Source: Raillietiella orientalis
Taxonomy: Eukaryota
Direction of reading: 5' to 3'
Assembly: GCA_036172245.1 (NCBI GenBank)
Contig: JAYWIR010000024.1
Location: 186,001 to 250,000, forward strand
Length of the DNA: 64,000 bases
This document shows positions 1 to 13,749 of the stretch, piece by piece (positions within the stretch are counted from its first letter, which is position 1; each line of letters opens with the position of its first letter). The notes below the pieces were generated by a model. That model ran no database searches, was not told the DNA's origin, and saw only the letters and a program-made list of their open reading frames with translations. A program made the translations under genes and the position numbers.

Positions 1-1536
1 GTACCAAATCCGGTCATTTCGATGGCCTAAAAATAAATCAGTTATTCATGGACACAGAATTGCTTATTACTTTTGAATGGCTCAAAGGTAATGGGGGTTT
101 GAAGAGAGTTTCACTACAAGACTTCAAGTATCCAAGAGAGCATGTCACAAACACATGTTGGCATGTGAGTACTTTTTTGTTTTTTAGATAGATTGTGATC
201 TAAGTTAAACAATACTTCATTAATGACTTCTCCAGTTTTCTTAGAAAATATTAAAGTTATGACAAACAAAACAAGTTTTTGGCATAGTCGTTGAAAGACC
301 ACTGCATATGGTCAATCAACACATTTTAATGAGCAGTCATTGTGTGCCATGATTGATTCATCAGGGTAATAAGATGGAGATTCAGTAATGAGGATATCCT
401 AATTACTTAATCTCTGACAAAACAGGGCAGATATTTACTTTAATCTACCTGAAAAAAAATTAGTCATAGAACGATCAATAAAGTGATGCAGTGAAAGAGG
501 AGAGATAGAGATAGAGAGAGAGAGAGAACACACTCAATTACATTCTCATGGGAATCCCATAGCAATTGTTCAACAACAGCATTTAACATTATTTTATTGT
601 CTGGTATATAATGCAGGAATGTCTCGATGATTTTTGAAAATCCTTGATGTATTCTTGTGTGGGAAGCCCCTCCACAAACTACATAATCTCCCCAAGCTAT
701 TGGGCATAAATCATCCAAAGTTTCACAAGCATTATCAACTGTCAAAAACCTGAAATAGGTAACATACATAGGTGTTCCAGATAAATACGTATCGACCATA
801 ATTTTGTTTGCACTTATAATAACAAGAGACCATTCTACTAAGTTTTCAATGCTTACTTGCATATCCAATTGAAGACTGCTTCCTTTGTAACTAGAACTTC
901 CTTATCATCAATACACTTCAGAAGGTATTCTTTAAAAACGTTTCTCAGGTACTCTCCAACAGAACTTGGTGGATTCTCTTGTTTTAACGCAACTTCCGTA
1001 CACAACTCCAATGAATGCATAACAAGGTACCATACTTCCTTCACCAGGGGCTTTGATATTGGGCCATTTTCTGTGACAAAAACATCTGTTGATCAAAAAG
1101 TATATCTACTAAATCTAAATAAACATATAGAAACCATCTGCAACGGGTTCTTCACCATTTCCTAAAATTCCATGTTTCTGGGCAAATCTATACAATGAAT
1201 TACCAAATACACCATGCAGCCACTGGGCCCCCAAATCCAGGGCACCATTTTTGAAGGACTCGGTACGAATTCGTCCTCCTAGTTGATTTTGAGCTGCAAA
1301 GCATAAAAGTACATAAAACTTATTTCGGATCAATTGTGCATTATTCGTATAAGAACTGAATGCTTGCAATCAACGTAATCGTCACCCTTGATCAAGATAG
1401 GAGGAAGATTTTGGCTACTTGAATGCAATTTACCTTCCAATATTAGATAATCCGTGAAACTTTTCTCTTCCAAAGTTTTTGCTATTGTTAGGCCAGCTAA
1501 ACCACCGCCAATGATAACCACTGAAGCCTCGCTCAT
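1..1536 (-). CDS. Flavin-containing amine oxidase (spermine/polyamine oxidase-like); multi-exon, continues beyond the left edge
   Basis: Inferred exons 1536-1434, 1293-1135, 1085-857, 749-542, 199-71, 26-<1, all with GT-AG ends. Motifs: VVIIGGGLAGL (FAD-binding), GGRIRT, DLGAQWLHG, HVFVTCSLGYLK, LFKPPLP, AIEMTGFGT. Confidence 0.88.
496..527. repeat. (GA)n/(GATA) microsatellite in an intron of the amine oxidase gene
   Basis: agaggagagatagagatagagagagagagaga. Confidence 0.8.
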
Positions 1537-1816
1537 CTGTTGGCTTTCACACAAACTCAGTCATAGAATTGCACGACAACACCAGGATCTGTTGACTTCA
1601 AGGTACCGCCTTGAAACCACACGGTTTCGAATTCCTCTGGCATGTACTGCCCTTTTGGCTCCCTACGGTGGGCTCCCAGTCCTCGTGTGCGAGACGGATC
1701 TCTGACTCGTCGCTGCGAGCAGAGCTTCCCAGACGAAGTCGATTTTGCAATTCCTCCTGCCAACAGCTCACTGCATCCGGCCACCCCGAAGTATCCTGTG
1801 GCTGTGATCGACTGAA

Positions 1817-2280
1817 GTTTTTTCTTTTTCGATTTTTTTTCCCCTTTTGCTGCAAGTGGGCGAGTTTCTGGTTTTTCGATTCTTTCACCAGATTGCACTC
1901 CATGTTTCAGGGAACGCTTGTCTTTCGTGAGGACCTTCCACGGATAAAAATCTTTCGAATATCCGGTGATCCCGGGAAAAACACCTCGGATCTTTACTGA
2001 ATATTCGGTGCAGATCGTAAAACGGGCTGACACATTACTAATTGGCATGTGCCTAGAGGATCTGCCAGACATCGAATTTTCCACCAAGAAAACAAACTGC
2101 CTTTTTTCAATCGATTGTGAGTCTCACGGGATGACAAGTATCCATCTAAAAGTTGTGGACAACAAACTGGAAGGAGAAGATTCGAAACTTTTCGTTCTGG
2201 TTAAGAGTATGTAACGGTTACGGGTACAGCATCTGAAAAGCAGAACCCATAAAGTTTCTGTCCTTATTTGTCCTCCAGAG
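1817..2280 (-). mobile_element. Short 3' remnant of a non-LTR retroelement with degenerate poly(A) tail
   Basis: T-rich tract 1817-1840 on + strand (A tail on -). The adjacent motifs (cccgggatc ... actcgccc) resemble the 3' end of the element ending at 61785. No clear protein motif. Confidence 0.4.
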
Positions 2281-3476
2281 ATTACATGAAGCCTACCAAA
2301 ATGTGGGGGATTTGTAAGGAAAACAACGGAATCTTGACTGAGAGCTGATTTTTCTCAGGAAAATTCAAGCAGATTGCAAAGCAAACAAGGAGAAAAAAAA
2401 ATCTCAAGTGGCAAAAAGTCCTCCTTGTTTTATATTCTGTTTTTTTCCTGTTGACAATAAAAAATGGATAATTTGAGCTGCAGAGGCAGCAAATGTATTT
2501 TGTAGTATTCGAATGAGGTGGCAAAAGATCTGAATTCAACCTCGATATAGAATAGCATTATCGATACAAGAGCAAACGAGTTTTCAGAAATAGGAAAAAA
2601 ATCATTCAACAAAGTATTTAAACTCAATCGTGTTAGATGTTTAAGCTCAATCAGTTAGATGAAAATACAAATGCTTTTAGTAGTTTTGCATTCATGTCAC
2701 ATTCATTGAAACAAAACTAACAAGAATTCACGTTTTCGTCTGGACGAACAACTCGTGCAAGTATGGTTTTGAATCTATTTCCTAAGGTCCTGTGAAATCA
2801 AAGGGTGATCAGATGAAGGAAATTAACACTTTTATGGATCTTTTCAGATCAGTCAGACACAATTTATAGGAGATTGTGAGTATCCCCCTTTATCACCAGT
2901 ATTCTGTGAAGTAATGATTCCTTACTTGCTTGAAGACTAACGACAAAGCTGAAACATTAGATATGGCATAAAATAGCCTTTGATGCACTCAGTTTGTTCG
3001 TATATTATGTAAGGAGCAAACATGAGCAGCTTCTTTCACCTTATTTCAAACTTTCAATTATGTGCCTTTTTAGTAAAGGACTTGCTTGGATCACATCATA
3101 ACTTTTTATTCACCCTTTCAAGCACATTGCTATTGTAAGAATCGATCCAGACCGAAACTTCCAATAATTTTTTGGTTGAAAAAAATCCAGGTTTTGGCCG
3201 ATGTGGCTTATAACTTGGAAGACGAAATCTGAAACTCAAGCAATACCTGTGATTTGTTGTCGAGGGAAAAATCAAATTCATTATTAAAAATTTGAATTGA
3301 GGAAACGATTTCATCATGCATGCAATTTACTAATTTTTATGATTTTCATGGAGCATCCTCTTCCAGGTGCGCGGCTTGAGGTGCAGTCAAAAGCTTGATT
3401 TCGCTCGAACGTCGGAAGCAACTGGATTCTTATCTGATCAACCACCATCGAACCAGCCACATTCTCCTCCCCTTTA

Positions 3477-4450
3477 GTTTTTGTTTAACTTTTTGTTTTT
3501 TCTTTGTGGTCTTCCCTTCCCCATGGCCTGCAGAGAGGACCTCAGCGGCCTACGGGCCGGTAGCGGCAAGCGTGTCAAGACAAGCAGAACCACGTGTTCT
3601 GCCTGAACATAATTCTAAGACTTTGGGTATGGAATTTTTCTTGTAAAAATTTCAATAGTAGATGCCCCGGCATATCCGGGTGACAAACCACCATCGAAGG
3701 CTCAGCTTTACGAAACCTTCAGGTGCAACCGCTTGGAAACCAATACCTACTCACTGCAATCTTGCAACTGTTTGGCTTCACTGAAGCCCAAAAGAATTAG
3801 TCGAAGCATCGAACAGTTCATTATTTCCATGTTGTATCATTTCCGATGGGGTAGCACGCTTGCAGGCCGTCACACACGCCAACAAGGAAAGGCGACGTAG
3901 AGAAATGACTCCGATTGAATACGGAATGCTGGGCCAGAAAGATTTTTCCCGTTCCAAGGAAACCTTACCCTCTTCCTGAATAGTACGATAAAAAAAACAA
4001 TCAGCACCCCAGGCTGGTTCGTTGCTTACTGTGTTCGCACGCAAGTACGCTTGGATTCATCTCTTTAGTAAGTACTCGCGGAACACGTTACCTGTGGCAA
4101 TCAGTAATAGCACAGGGCTCAAGATGTACCGATGGAACTGGAACTCAACGAAGAAATTGTAAATAAGGGATCCCTCAATTGCTTTAGCACCAGAGCCGCC
4201 GAAGTGCTTTCTCCAATTCAGAGCTGTACAACCGTGCACTGAATGCAAGGACGCCTTGAGAAGACACGTCTGGCAATTGATGAAACTCTACATATGGTGG
4301 CATCCAATCCTCCACTACACGTTTTTAAAAGCTGCAACAGTCCTTGGAGTACGAGATGCAAAATTCCCAGGCCGACCAACGGAACTGGATCCCCAGTCGG
4401 CCACTGATGCAAAATTCACAATGCTGGCTTCCATCATTTGCATTTTGTTT
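3477..4450 (-). mobile_element. Degenerate 3' fragment of an L1/Tx1-like retrotransposon (ORF2 C-terminus, structured 3' UTR, A-rich tail)
   Basis: Minus-strand PVPLVGLGILHLVLQGLLQ...RRPCIQC resembles the zf-RVT region of the young element (LPPDTLGDLLMFYHGGIQ...DCTAC). The 3' UTR aligns by eye with 17617-17830. A-rich tail at 3477-3505. Confidence 0.55.
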
Positions 4451-5214
4451 CGGTATGAAAAAGTGGCCTATTTCACTGTTATGAAAATAATATGTACATT
4501 ACAAATGATGATGCATATACAACTAATAAAACGTCAATCGACAATTATTAATTTTATGCAATACCCTCATGTACAATAAATAAGCAATTACAGGTGAAGA
4601 AACTACCAATACACAGGAAATATGGGCATGAAAAATGCAATGCAACAGGCTCATGTGGTAGTATTATTCTTCAAAGTTCCCAGACTGCCTGAGTTTCACA
4701 CATCGTATCAGAAACATTTGCGAAGAATTTTATTAATACAGAGCTTTCGTGCACTGTTCTGTTTGTTCTGCTTTATAAGCAAAGTCCAAAAGTTCATTAC
4801 ACTTGAATCCTTTGCATTAAATGCTTGTGTTGATCATAATCATAAACTTTCAGTCGACAGTGTGATAAGAATGTGGTACAGCCCTGCACAAAGCTTTCCA
4901 CACAACTGTATAGCCTTACCCTAGGCTAGCAGCAGACCAAAACTACACTGAAGATGTACAGAAGTTACGCGCACCTCCAGAATGCAATCACTTTTTAATG
5001 AATTCACCTGCTCGAAAACTTCTACAATTCGCTTGTCTTGAAATCTGGTATTTCCATACTGTAATTATCTTTTTTCTGATATGAGGACATGTATTTCATA
5101 ATTATCTTCAAACTGATTCAATATTCACAATGCTTCAGGCTTCCTTTAAATTCTAAAAATTAATAAAAAAATAAATTGCAATACTGACACCATGAAACAA
5201 TACCTTTTAGTAGA

Positions 5215-8200
5215 TCATTTTGTTTTTTTTGCTCGGCCTCTGGCAGGTTTTTTCGATTTATCCGATTCTTCATGTTTGCGTTTGGCTGGCACAGAAGTGA
5301 CCTTAAAAAATGAATCCAGCCGTCCCTGTAATGAAGCATTTCTGCTTTTGAGAATCTTTTTCACTCCTGCTCGCACTCGATCTTCATTGAATCCTTTTTG
5401 TTTACAAAGAAAATCCACAAGGCCCTCCTCATCCGGATCTTTCCATTTTATCTAAAGTCTACGATGCACACAGTAAATCAGAAACAGACTCCTTACATCT
5501 AAACATTCAGGATCAGTCACAACTGGTTCCTTGAATAAGATGCGAGCTTGCTGATACTGCCAGTTGTTTGGAATTTCATATTTTTTGCGATCCAAATGGT
5601 CCAAGATCCCTTCAATAGTTTTCCACTGTCTGATAAGCTCAATGGCACGTTTGGGACCAATACCCTTAATGCTTTCACAATAGTCGCAACCCAGCAAGAT
5701 ACACAAATCAACAAACTAAGAAAAACTGTTTACAAAGAAGCGAACATTTTGTCTCTTACTTGATCCTGAGTCAATCCTGATTCAGCAAGCAGTTTATCCA
5801 GATGAAATTCTTTGATGGGCATTTTTTTGGCTTCACTAAAAGTTAAGTGTCTCAGAAGAATACTTGATCCAAATGTAAGTCCATCCATATCCTCTGTGCC
5901 AGTGGCAAATACTTTACCAGCCTTCACCAAAGCAGCACACTGAGCTTCTGCCTCACAAGGGGCCTAATAAGGAATAAGCACTCGGATTTCTAAGAAAACA
6001 CTCTTAATTGAATACCTCAACATATGGGATGCCCATAAGGCTCAACAACTCCTTAGCTTCCTCATTGTGTTGTCTAGTCACTTTGACCATCCTTTTGCTA
6101 AGTTTCTCCATCTCAAGAAAATCCCCTGGAGTACAAACAGAATCCATGATTTCAAGGAATTGATCACCTACCTCTTTGTTCAGCTTCTGTCAAAGCTTTT
6201 TGGGTTACTTCTCTTCTCTCTTCACGCTTAGCTAACTCTCCTGACTTCAATTCCGGAGGTTTTCCATCAAAAACATACAGGGGTTTGATGCCACCATCTA
6301 ACATTCGAATGGTACGATAAAACACACCCATCAGATGGCTGTAAAGTTATACAAAGTAAGCCCAGGCTTTATGAATATGTTTGTTGTAGTTAATTTTTAT
6401 GGCAGCACATAGGTGATATTCTAACACTTTTTGGATCAAGATAATGAGAAATTTCGATAGCAGTTCTTAAAATTGACTCATGCTCGAATTGCATTTTACC
6501 AACAAGAAGGATGTAGCATATATAGATTCCTCCAGTAACTGTTAGTATTGTTTTAATTACCCAAGTTTGTTACAACTCAAAATCTTTCATTAATTCAACT
6601 TTTAATTTATTAACCCACAATCCCACAATTCAGTTTTCATTTAAGAATGTCTAAAATCACAAATTATTTGACATATAAGTGTATTCTTTCTCTATTAAAT
6701 ACATGTCAGGAATACTGATTGTTGTAATTCATTGTCACTGCTTCAATTGACTTGATTAATTAATCAAAAACAAGGCAAATGATGGATTTAGACTTTAAAT
6801 CTTAATGACCTCCTTATAAACACTGTAAGATTCATAGTTTGGTTTTACAAATAAATTACCATTTAGTCTTAGTTTGCTAACATTTCAAATACAAATTGCT
6901 TTGATGGAAAGTGAATCAAAGGGAATAAGGGAAATTCTATTAAAACAAGCAGTTATAATAAAAGATTTCCCAAATATAATCTAATGTCCATAAAAACTCA
7001 CAGGGTAATCTCAAAATGAAATCATATCATTTTACAAAAGGACACTTTGGGAGTACTCTGTTTCTTTCATCATTTATCCATATAAATAAAGCTACCTTTG
7101 ATCACTGTTATTTTTCTCACTGCTCTTTTGCACTTATAAATGCTGAAATTGATTACTGAAAATGTTGAAAATAATTTAGATACAGGACAAAAGTGAAGTA
7201 TTTTATAACAATGTTGGATATTTTGATGCTCATGTCAACATTATTATCTTTAATAATTACGGAACAAACAGATCCAAAAAATTCGAATAGAATAGTTTAG
7301 AATCAATGGAATACTATCTCTATACAATGGAAAAAATCACTTGATGAATACCAACACATGCATCGTGAAGAAAATGACTGCTTCATAATGCTTTTAATTT
7401 AATTTTTTAATCTGATAAACACTGATTGGTGTACATAAACAGGAAAACTTTCACAACTTATGAATAATGATAATAATAAAAACAATAGTTAGTTGTCTGA
7501 CATTATAAAAGGGAATATATATGAATATAAAATGAGGAACAAAGTAAAAAAAAAACTTTTACTTCACATGCATAGCATATTACTACAGCAGATCATGCAT
7601 TATTGTTTAAAAGACTATATCAACATAAAACTCCAACAGCAGTACTGTGGTCATCAAAGTTACTATGAAAAACTCAGAGATAAATAAATTTACTGATACT
7701 GAAAGATTATCATGACTCCTAATATAAGTCATCAATTTTGATAAATAAAGCATCATTTAAGGAGATATTCCCTAATAAATGAAAGCACTTCAATATATTC
7801 CTTTCAATATAATTGTGCAACCCCTAAAGCTAGTTGTGTACAAATAGAAGTTTGGTGTTGCTTACCTTGTTGTTTCTCCATCAGCAGAAGTTAACACTGC
7901 CCCCTCTTGTCTTACAGCAATTAGGAATTGATATAAACTCATGGATGCATCAACAGCCACTTTGCGCCCTGCAAGCAAATTTAAAGTGCTTTCTGATTCA
8001 TTATTCATTTCCAAAATTTACATTTTAATTAGACAACAATGGATTAAGGCTTTCCTCATATTTTACATAAAGGCATTTCTTTGCTATAATAAATTACAAC
8101 ACATATAAACAACTAAAAAGACTGCAAACAAATCGATTATGAATATATTTGCAAACTTTAACTTCCATGTTTTTCCATCTCAACTGCACTAAGATGCAAA

Positions 8201-8373
8201 AAATGTACATCTACACAAAGGTAATTTGCTTACTCCCTAGATTCTTGCTGTGAATTAATGGTGTATATACCCTTGTCTTGTTTATGCTTACCAAAATAAG
8301 AAGAAATGGCATTCTCCTTCACAGCAGATGGAGCTATATCTGCTATTAACTTCGAAAGTCCTTGAATACCCAT
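5215..8373 (-). CDS. FEN1: Flap endonuclease 1
   Basis: Exons 8373-8292, 7968-7866, 6338-6172, 6125-6016, 5963-5760, 5715-5497, 5451-5215. Motifs: [55 protein letters not shown] (H3TH), C-terminal PIP box QGRLDSFF. Confidence 0.97.
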
Positions 8374-9949
8374 TGAAACTGACGTGAAATCGTTTTCTGG
8401 CCAGTTATTCGACTTTCATGGTTTTCAAGCTCATAAATTATATAACTTGTTTTGCTTTGCGATTATGAACAGGATTCTAAATTAAGCTGGCCAACTTACA
8501 AATTTAACTTTTGTACTGGAAAATCTAAACACATATAAATTCAAACATATTGAACGCACATCTAGATCGTGTAAACAAAACATTCTAAACTTTTCTAATT
8601 TGGCTAACAAAACAAATGGAACCTGTGGAGAATGGCACCCTACCAATATGCACAATACAATATTATACAATGCTATGTTCACCTCATCCTGCACATATAC
8701 AGTACACAAAATATTCTATTGTGCCAGAAAAAAATATACAGCTGTATCACTTCAGGAATCACTAATGAATAACTGGGATCTAAAATCCAGAATTACATGA
8801 AAACATGGGCCATGTCATAATAGTCCTACAAGGATAATGTAACGAAAATCACAATTTTTCCTTACAGTAATCATTCTGCTCAAAGATTCATACCAAAATT
8901 CCTAACTGGATACAAAACATGATTTATATAGACATCAATGAGGCACCTAGAACCGCAACCGGCCAAACAGAATCCTACCAAAGGAATATGAGGTTTTTTC
9001 ACCACTCCAGAGAAAAAACAAATCACAACGTATCCCAAATGCCATACATTAAACAACTAGACACCAATTCGTGACTGTATATAAAAGAATTCTTTAGTCC
9101 TTTCCTCTTTTATATTTATTAAAATGCAGGTTTATTATTCAATACATTTATGGAGCGTGCCGTGGCCACGGTGTCTTGCAATCGACTCTGTAACAACTGG
9201 ATGGAAAGAAAATAAGGAAACCTATAAATAAAACACGTGTAATGCTGGATTCGTGAAGAAATCGCTCTTATTTGTGCGTACAAAATTCCATCTGTCACAC
9301 TTAGGATAATTATGTATCACAATCATCACATTTATTAATAAGGTTTGTAAGCCTTTTGAAGGTACTCAGCAGGCAAGCTTTCAGAATGACCACAGTAGCC
9401 ACTATGAAGAACAACAAAAGTGAGAGCACTTTTCAAGCTATCTACAATATATATACCAGGACCTTGTTTGGAACTTTATGGACTTGAATATTTAAAGTAC
9501 TATTCCATTAAAGATCAGTTATTTTTTATAGTTAATGTCAACTCCCCACGTTATTATCATTAGAATTCTCCTGCAAGATGGCCCCAATTAACTTACTAAA
9601 GAGCCATCGCGTACACCTTTCACAAAACACTAATCCTTGGCATCCAGCTGTATACAACCTCAAATGACATGTTCAGTCCACCTGGAATAGGCATAACACA
9701 AACCCGGGCTAATAATTACTAAATAGATATTTGATTTTTGCACGTAGCTGGGTGACTTCCAATCACTCATCTAATGAGTGATATTTATTCTTTTAAGAAT
9801 GCTTTCAACAAAAATTTTTATACTGTACATCAATACATCAAAAAATAATAAACGTGTTGGTAAAAACACAAGATAATAGTGCTGAAGAGGTTTACACAAA
9901 TATTCTGCAAAATTCTGAAGCCTATTATTATGGACCTCTAAGCAGAAAA

Positions 9950-11500
9950 TAGCTAACTCACGAAAATGCTTATCAGTCTACTGCGTACATATTGTCCACA
10001 TACGTACTCGTAAACGTACATACAGGAAAAATGTATAGAGATATCCCATACGGAGGTACCCAGGTTAACGAATCCCCGGAGCTGCAAGATAATCGGCAGG
10101 TGGGAACACTGTGAGCAGTCAGCTGCACACTTGATTGGGTAGAATCTCCTTCCTCCGGAGCCAGAAAGCAACGTGGATTTCGATCATTGCAAAATTAATC
10201 GATGATTTCATAATCAAATCATGATGTGATCAACCCGTCACCTAAAGAAAGCAAGATCTTATAAGCTAAGTCGAGAAATACAAAAATGCATGAACTGGAG
10301 GGAAATTAAGTCAAAGGACACAAAAGGTAGTGCTGGAGCACTTGACCTTAATGGAAATTTTAAGCCATTCGAGCAGAATTATGGTGGTATCCAAGATTTC
10401 AGCGGCTTTTTTTTTTCTTCACAACCAATTCCTACACAGTGGAAGTAGCTTTCTAAAGCAAATGAGAAAAATGTTGGCTTTCGGATGGATGGCATAGAAT
10501 AGGTCTACATACTGCTCAACCACCTTGAGAGGCAGAAACATCGAGTCCATTTAACCATTCCGAGAAAACTGAAAAGTGTATCAATATGTCTGTATGAATG
10601 ATTTGAGTGAAAGTTAAAAAGCACTTCATAGAGTTCGTATTATGAGTGAATCTCATATGCTGAGTGTGAGCATCAGCAGAATTCCTAACTCAGAACTATC
10701 AGCAAGGGGAAGACCAGATTTGGTATTCAATAAAAAAGAAGCCGAGCTGATTTCGAGATTCAAGTCTTTGAGAACTAAACATAAGCGAAGACAGCAAAAG
10801 TTCAGTTGATTTTGCCAATGAGACTGAAAATGCACCGAGAAATATAAAAATGCACTGAGAGTTAGAAAACTTGAATAAATGCTTGTTCATTATTGCTAGG
10901 CATTACGAGATTTCTCCGAATTTGACGCACCCACAATAACTGGCAGGAGAATCAAAGTAATAATGAATCTGCTGAATGACTGATTAAATAGCCATCTCAC
11001 TCCTTTTGTACATCCGTATCGAGTAAAACACATTTTCGAACCTGTGGCGTCGTTGCTACTGTACCATGGACCAGTTTCTTAAACTTTGCTTGGAGAATGT
11101 ATTCATGTATACATTTACGCATTATCGTTCCAACACAGCACTGCTTTTGCAGACAATGGAAGTCAGTAAAATAGCTTTAAGGGTTCTGTATAAGAGAGAA
11201 ACATAGTTAATTAACAATTCGCAACAGCTGGCAAAGAAATTGTGGAAAAGTCAGCTGCAATATGCTGAAATCTACGAGCAATGTTAGAGATGAGTTAATG
11301 AAAAAGTGATACTGAAATGTGACAGATACCCATGATTCCTACAGTTAGCATAGAGGGAGAGCCAATGATCATTCATCAGATCGAAGATGAAAAATGGGAC
11401 AAATAAGGTAAGGCTCCACTGAATGAAGAGGTGCCAGAGATAACGAAGAAGCTGCTGGTGAAAGTTAACAGACAATCCAGATAATGGCAGGGATCCTCTA
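9950..11500 (-). mobile_element. Possible highly decayed reverse-transcriptase fragment
   Basis: Moderately raised GC. Minus-strand SGSGGRRFYPIKC...RGFVNLGTSV has spacing like RT domains 6/7 (GLKIN..KS...KYLG). Boundaries are approximate. Confidence 0.3.
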
Positions 11501-11651
11501 AAGAAGCTGTTAAAAACAGGAGTTTGCTTTCTTGTCTACGTGATGTATCTCATGCGCATAAGTTCTATTAGAATATAATCTTTACTGAAGGAACGTTTTC
11601 ATGAAGAAAACTGTTAGAGGTATTAAACTATTACTTCCAGATTCTACGCAA

Positions 11652-11695
11652 CACACACACTATACATATATATGTATATATGCACATATATATAT
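11652..11695. repeat. (CA)n/(TA)n microsatellite
   Basis: acacacacactatacatatatatgtatatatgcacatatatata. Confidence 0.75.
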
Positions 11696-12539
11696 TAAAG
11701 TTTTTGAGTACCAATGGGCAATAGTGTTCTGCAGAAGGCTCCAGAGGACTACCTTACTATTTTTTCAGGTTCATAAGTAATCTCGTATTCGGATCAAAAA
11801 CCTATTTAAGCTTGAACAGTGTCTTTGGTAATGAAGTTCCAGTTAAGGAAGTAGCCAAACGAAACAATTTACTTTTTAGTCTCATGAATTAGTGGATGTA
11901 TATGTATCAATTGATGTTTTTGATTTTTAAAATATCTTAAAGGTTTATAATTCAATCCTTAGAAGGAGCTTCTAACGACGGATGCACTATAATTTATAAT
12001 CCCACTGTATCCATTGTATTAGTACATTGCTCCCACATACAATTCATACACCACTGCGTAGGAGTGAGTATCTTGCATGTGTATTTCCATAGAAATGAAA
12101 GAGCAAAATTTGGCATTCCATTTGAAACGATATACCTCAGAATGTGAGCAAGAGTCCACGTAAGATTCGGCATACCAAACATGAAGGAAGAGAACTGGAA
12201 AAATGAATATCAGATTCGCAATGCAGGAATATGTTTTTAAAAAATCACAATTAAAAATTCTCTGATTTCTAATCTTTACATTAAAAAAATCCTCACGAGG
12301 CCTTATCTAAAATATCTCAGTTGTTAAAAACGATTTTCTATGCAAATGATTTCTAATGCCCGTTTTCATTTTCTGTTTAAGATGTCATCATTTTGAAATG
12401 CCACTAGCTGGCATAATCATAAGGTACCGTAAGCTCAATCACACGACAGAGTATTTTTAATCACCAACACTTTACACTTTACTCTAATTGTATAATTTCA
12501 AAGGAACATGCCAAAGACCTAAGGAATCGCGGTTTTTAT

Positions 12540-13372
12540 TCCATACGCAAGCGAAGGTCGAAACTGTGGTCAACTGGCCCTTCATTCGGAAGAACAGAGC
12601 CCTCGCTTGAACATGACTGCGTTACGTTCCTCGATCGTTTGGTTAGCTGAAGAACTGCAATGCATAAATCACTCGGTCTGTTCTCCGATCTACAGCGATG
12701 TACAATTCAAGTCTCTTATGAACTCAAGGAAATGCGACTGCCGGTCCAGGCTAAATTGGATGATGTTTTCTACTGGAAAATCCTTGCTGCTACAATTCAA
12801 TGTCGCTGTTTTGAGACTGAACTGAACCGATGATCTTTTCGAACTTTGAAGACAACAGAATTGACGGACCATTCTTTAAATTGCTGTGTGTGGTTGCACC
12901 AAGACGTGTTGGCTTCCAATCACTTGTTCCATTTTTTCCCCAATCTCCGTACGGCACTCGGTTCGCACCCACCCTGCTCGCTGGGACCCGAGTACAACCC
13001 CACACGGACTCTTGCGCTGGGGCGAGCTGCTGGATGAAGCCATCTGAAGTGGCTCCGGTGCTCATGGACACCCGCACCCTCCCCATGAAGTGGCAGCAGT
13101 CGGAGCTTTTGGTGCTGTATTGGAGTCGCCCATGCAAAGCCCGCCGTCACTACTGAACGCGGGGGGTTTTCGACCCCAATTGTGTTAGATGCGGGGAGAG
13201 GGAATCCCTCCCCCACCTGTTAATGGATTGAGCTGCCTCCGGCCCCTGTGGGAACGCTTTGCCGCAGCCCTGGAAACCCCCTGGAGGCAACCTCAGAGAC
13301 GCTATTTTACCCCTCTTCGTTCGAGACGCTATGCCTCCAGTGGCCTCGCTGGCAGCCTTGTGCTGCCTACGT
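12540..13372 (+). mobile_element. Older L1/Tx1-like element (host), ORF2 C-terminal part 1, interrupted by a younger insertion
   Basis: Reads LPMKWQQSELLVLYWSRPCKARRHY*TRGVFDPNCVRCGERESLPHLLMD* (decayed CCHC zf-RVT finger), then ...VASLAALCCLR up to the TSD. The 5' boundary is approximate. Confidence 0.75.
13358..13372 (+). repeat. Target-site duplication, left copy (ttgtgctgcctacgt)
   Basis: Identical 15-mer at 17403-17417. Confidence 0.9.
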
Positions 13373-13736
13373 CGAAGAGGTCGAAAAATTGGCGGAGGAG
13401 GTGATGGAAGTGCAAAGCGGACCTCAGCAGGAGCAACTCCTGCAGAAGATCTGCAATGCACAACAAACAGTCAACCAGGTGGTGGAGGTTGCCGAGCGCG
13501 AGAAACTGGGAGACAAACTTCTCGACGTAAAGGCAAACTTCTGCGCCAAGGTGGCGTTGGAAGCCCTCCCACGCAAGATCGTCGCACGAGCCGAGCACTC
13601 CATCGAGGAGAACGACATCACGGATCTCACCGGGACGGAGAGCGACTCTGGCAGCGAGAAACCTGCTCCCGCTTCTTCGTCTGGAAGAGCACCACGCTCT
13701 CCCAGACAGAAGAAACTCAGGAAGGCCAAAAAGTAG
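13373..13736 (+). pseudogene. C-terminal remnant of retrotransposon ORF1 (coiled-coil-like, acidic then basic tail)
   Basis: Open frame EEVEKLAEEV...RQKKLRKAKK* ends 13 nt before the ORF2 ATG. Its N-terminus is lost at the TSD. Confidence 0.75.
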
Positions 13737-13749
13737 GCCTTCCCCTTTT

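Noticed and set aside
13248..13736. Complete 162-aa ORF1
   Set aside because: It is chimeric across the TSD; the first ~40 codons come from the host element.
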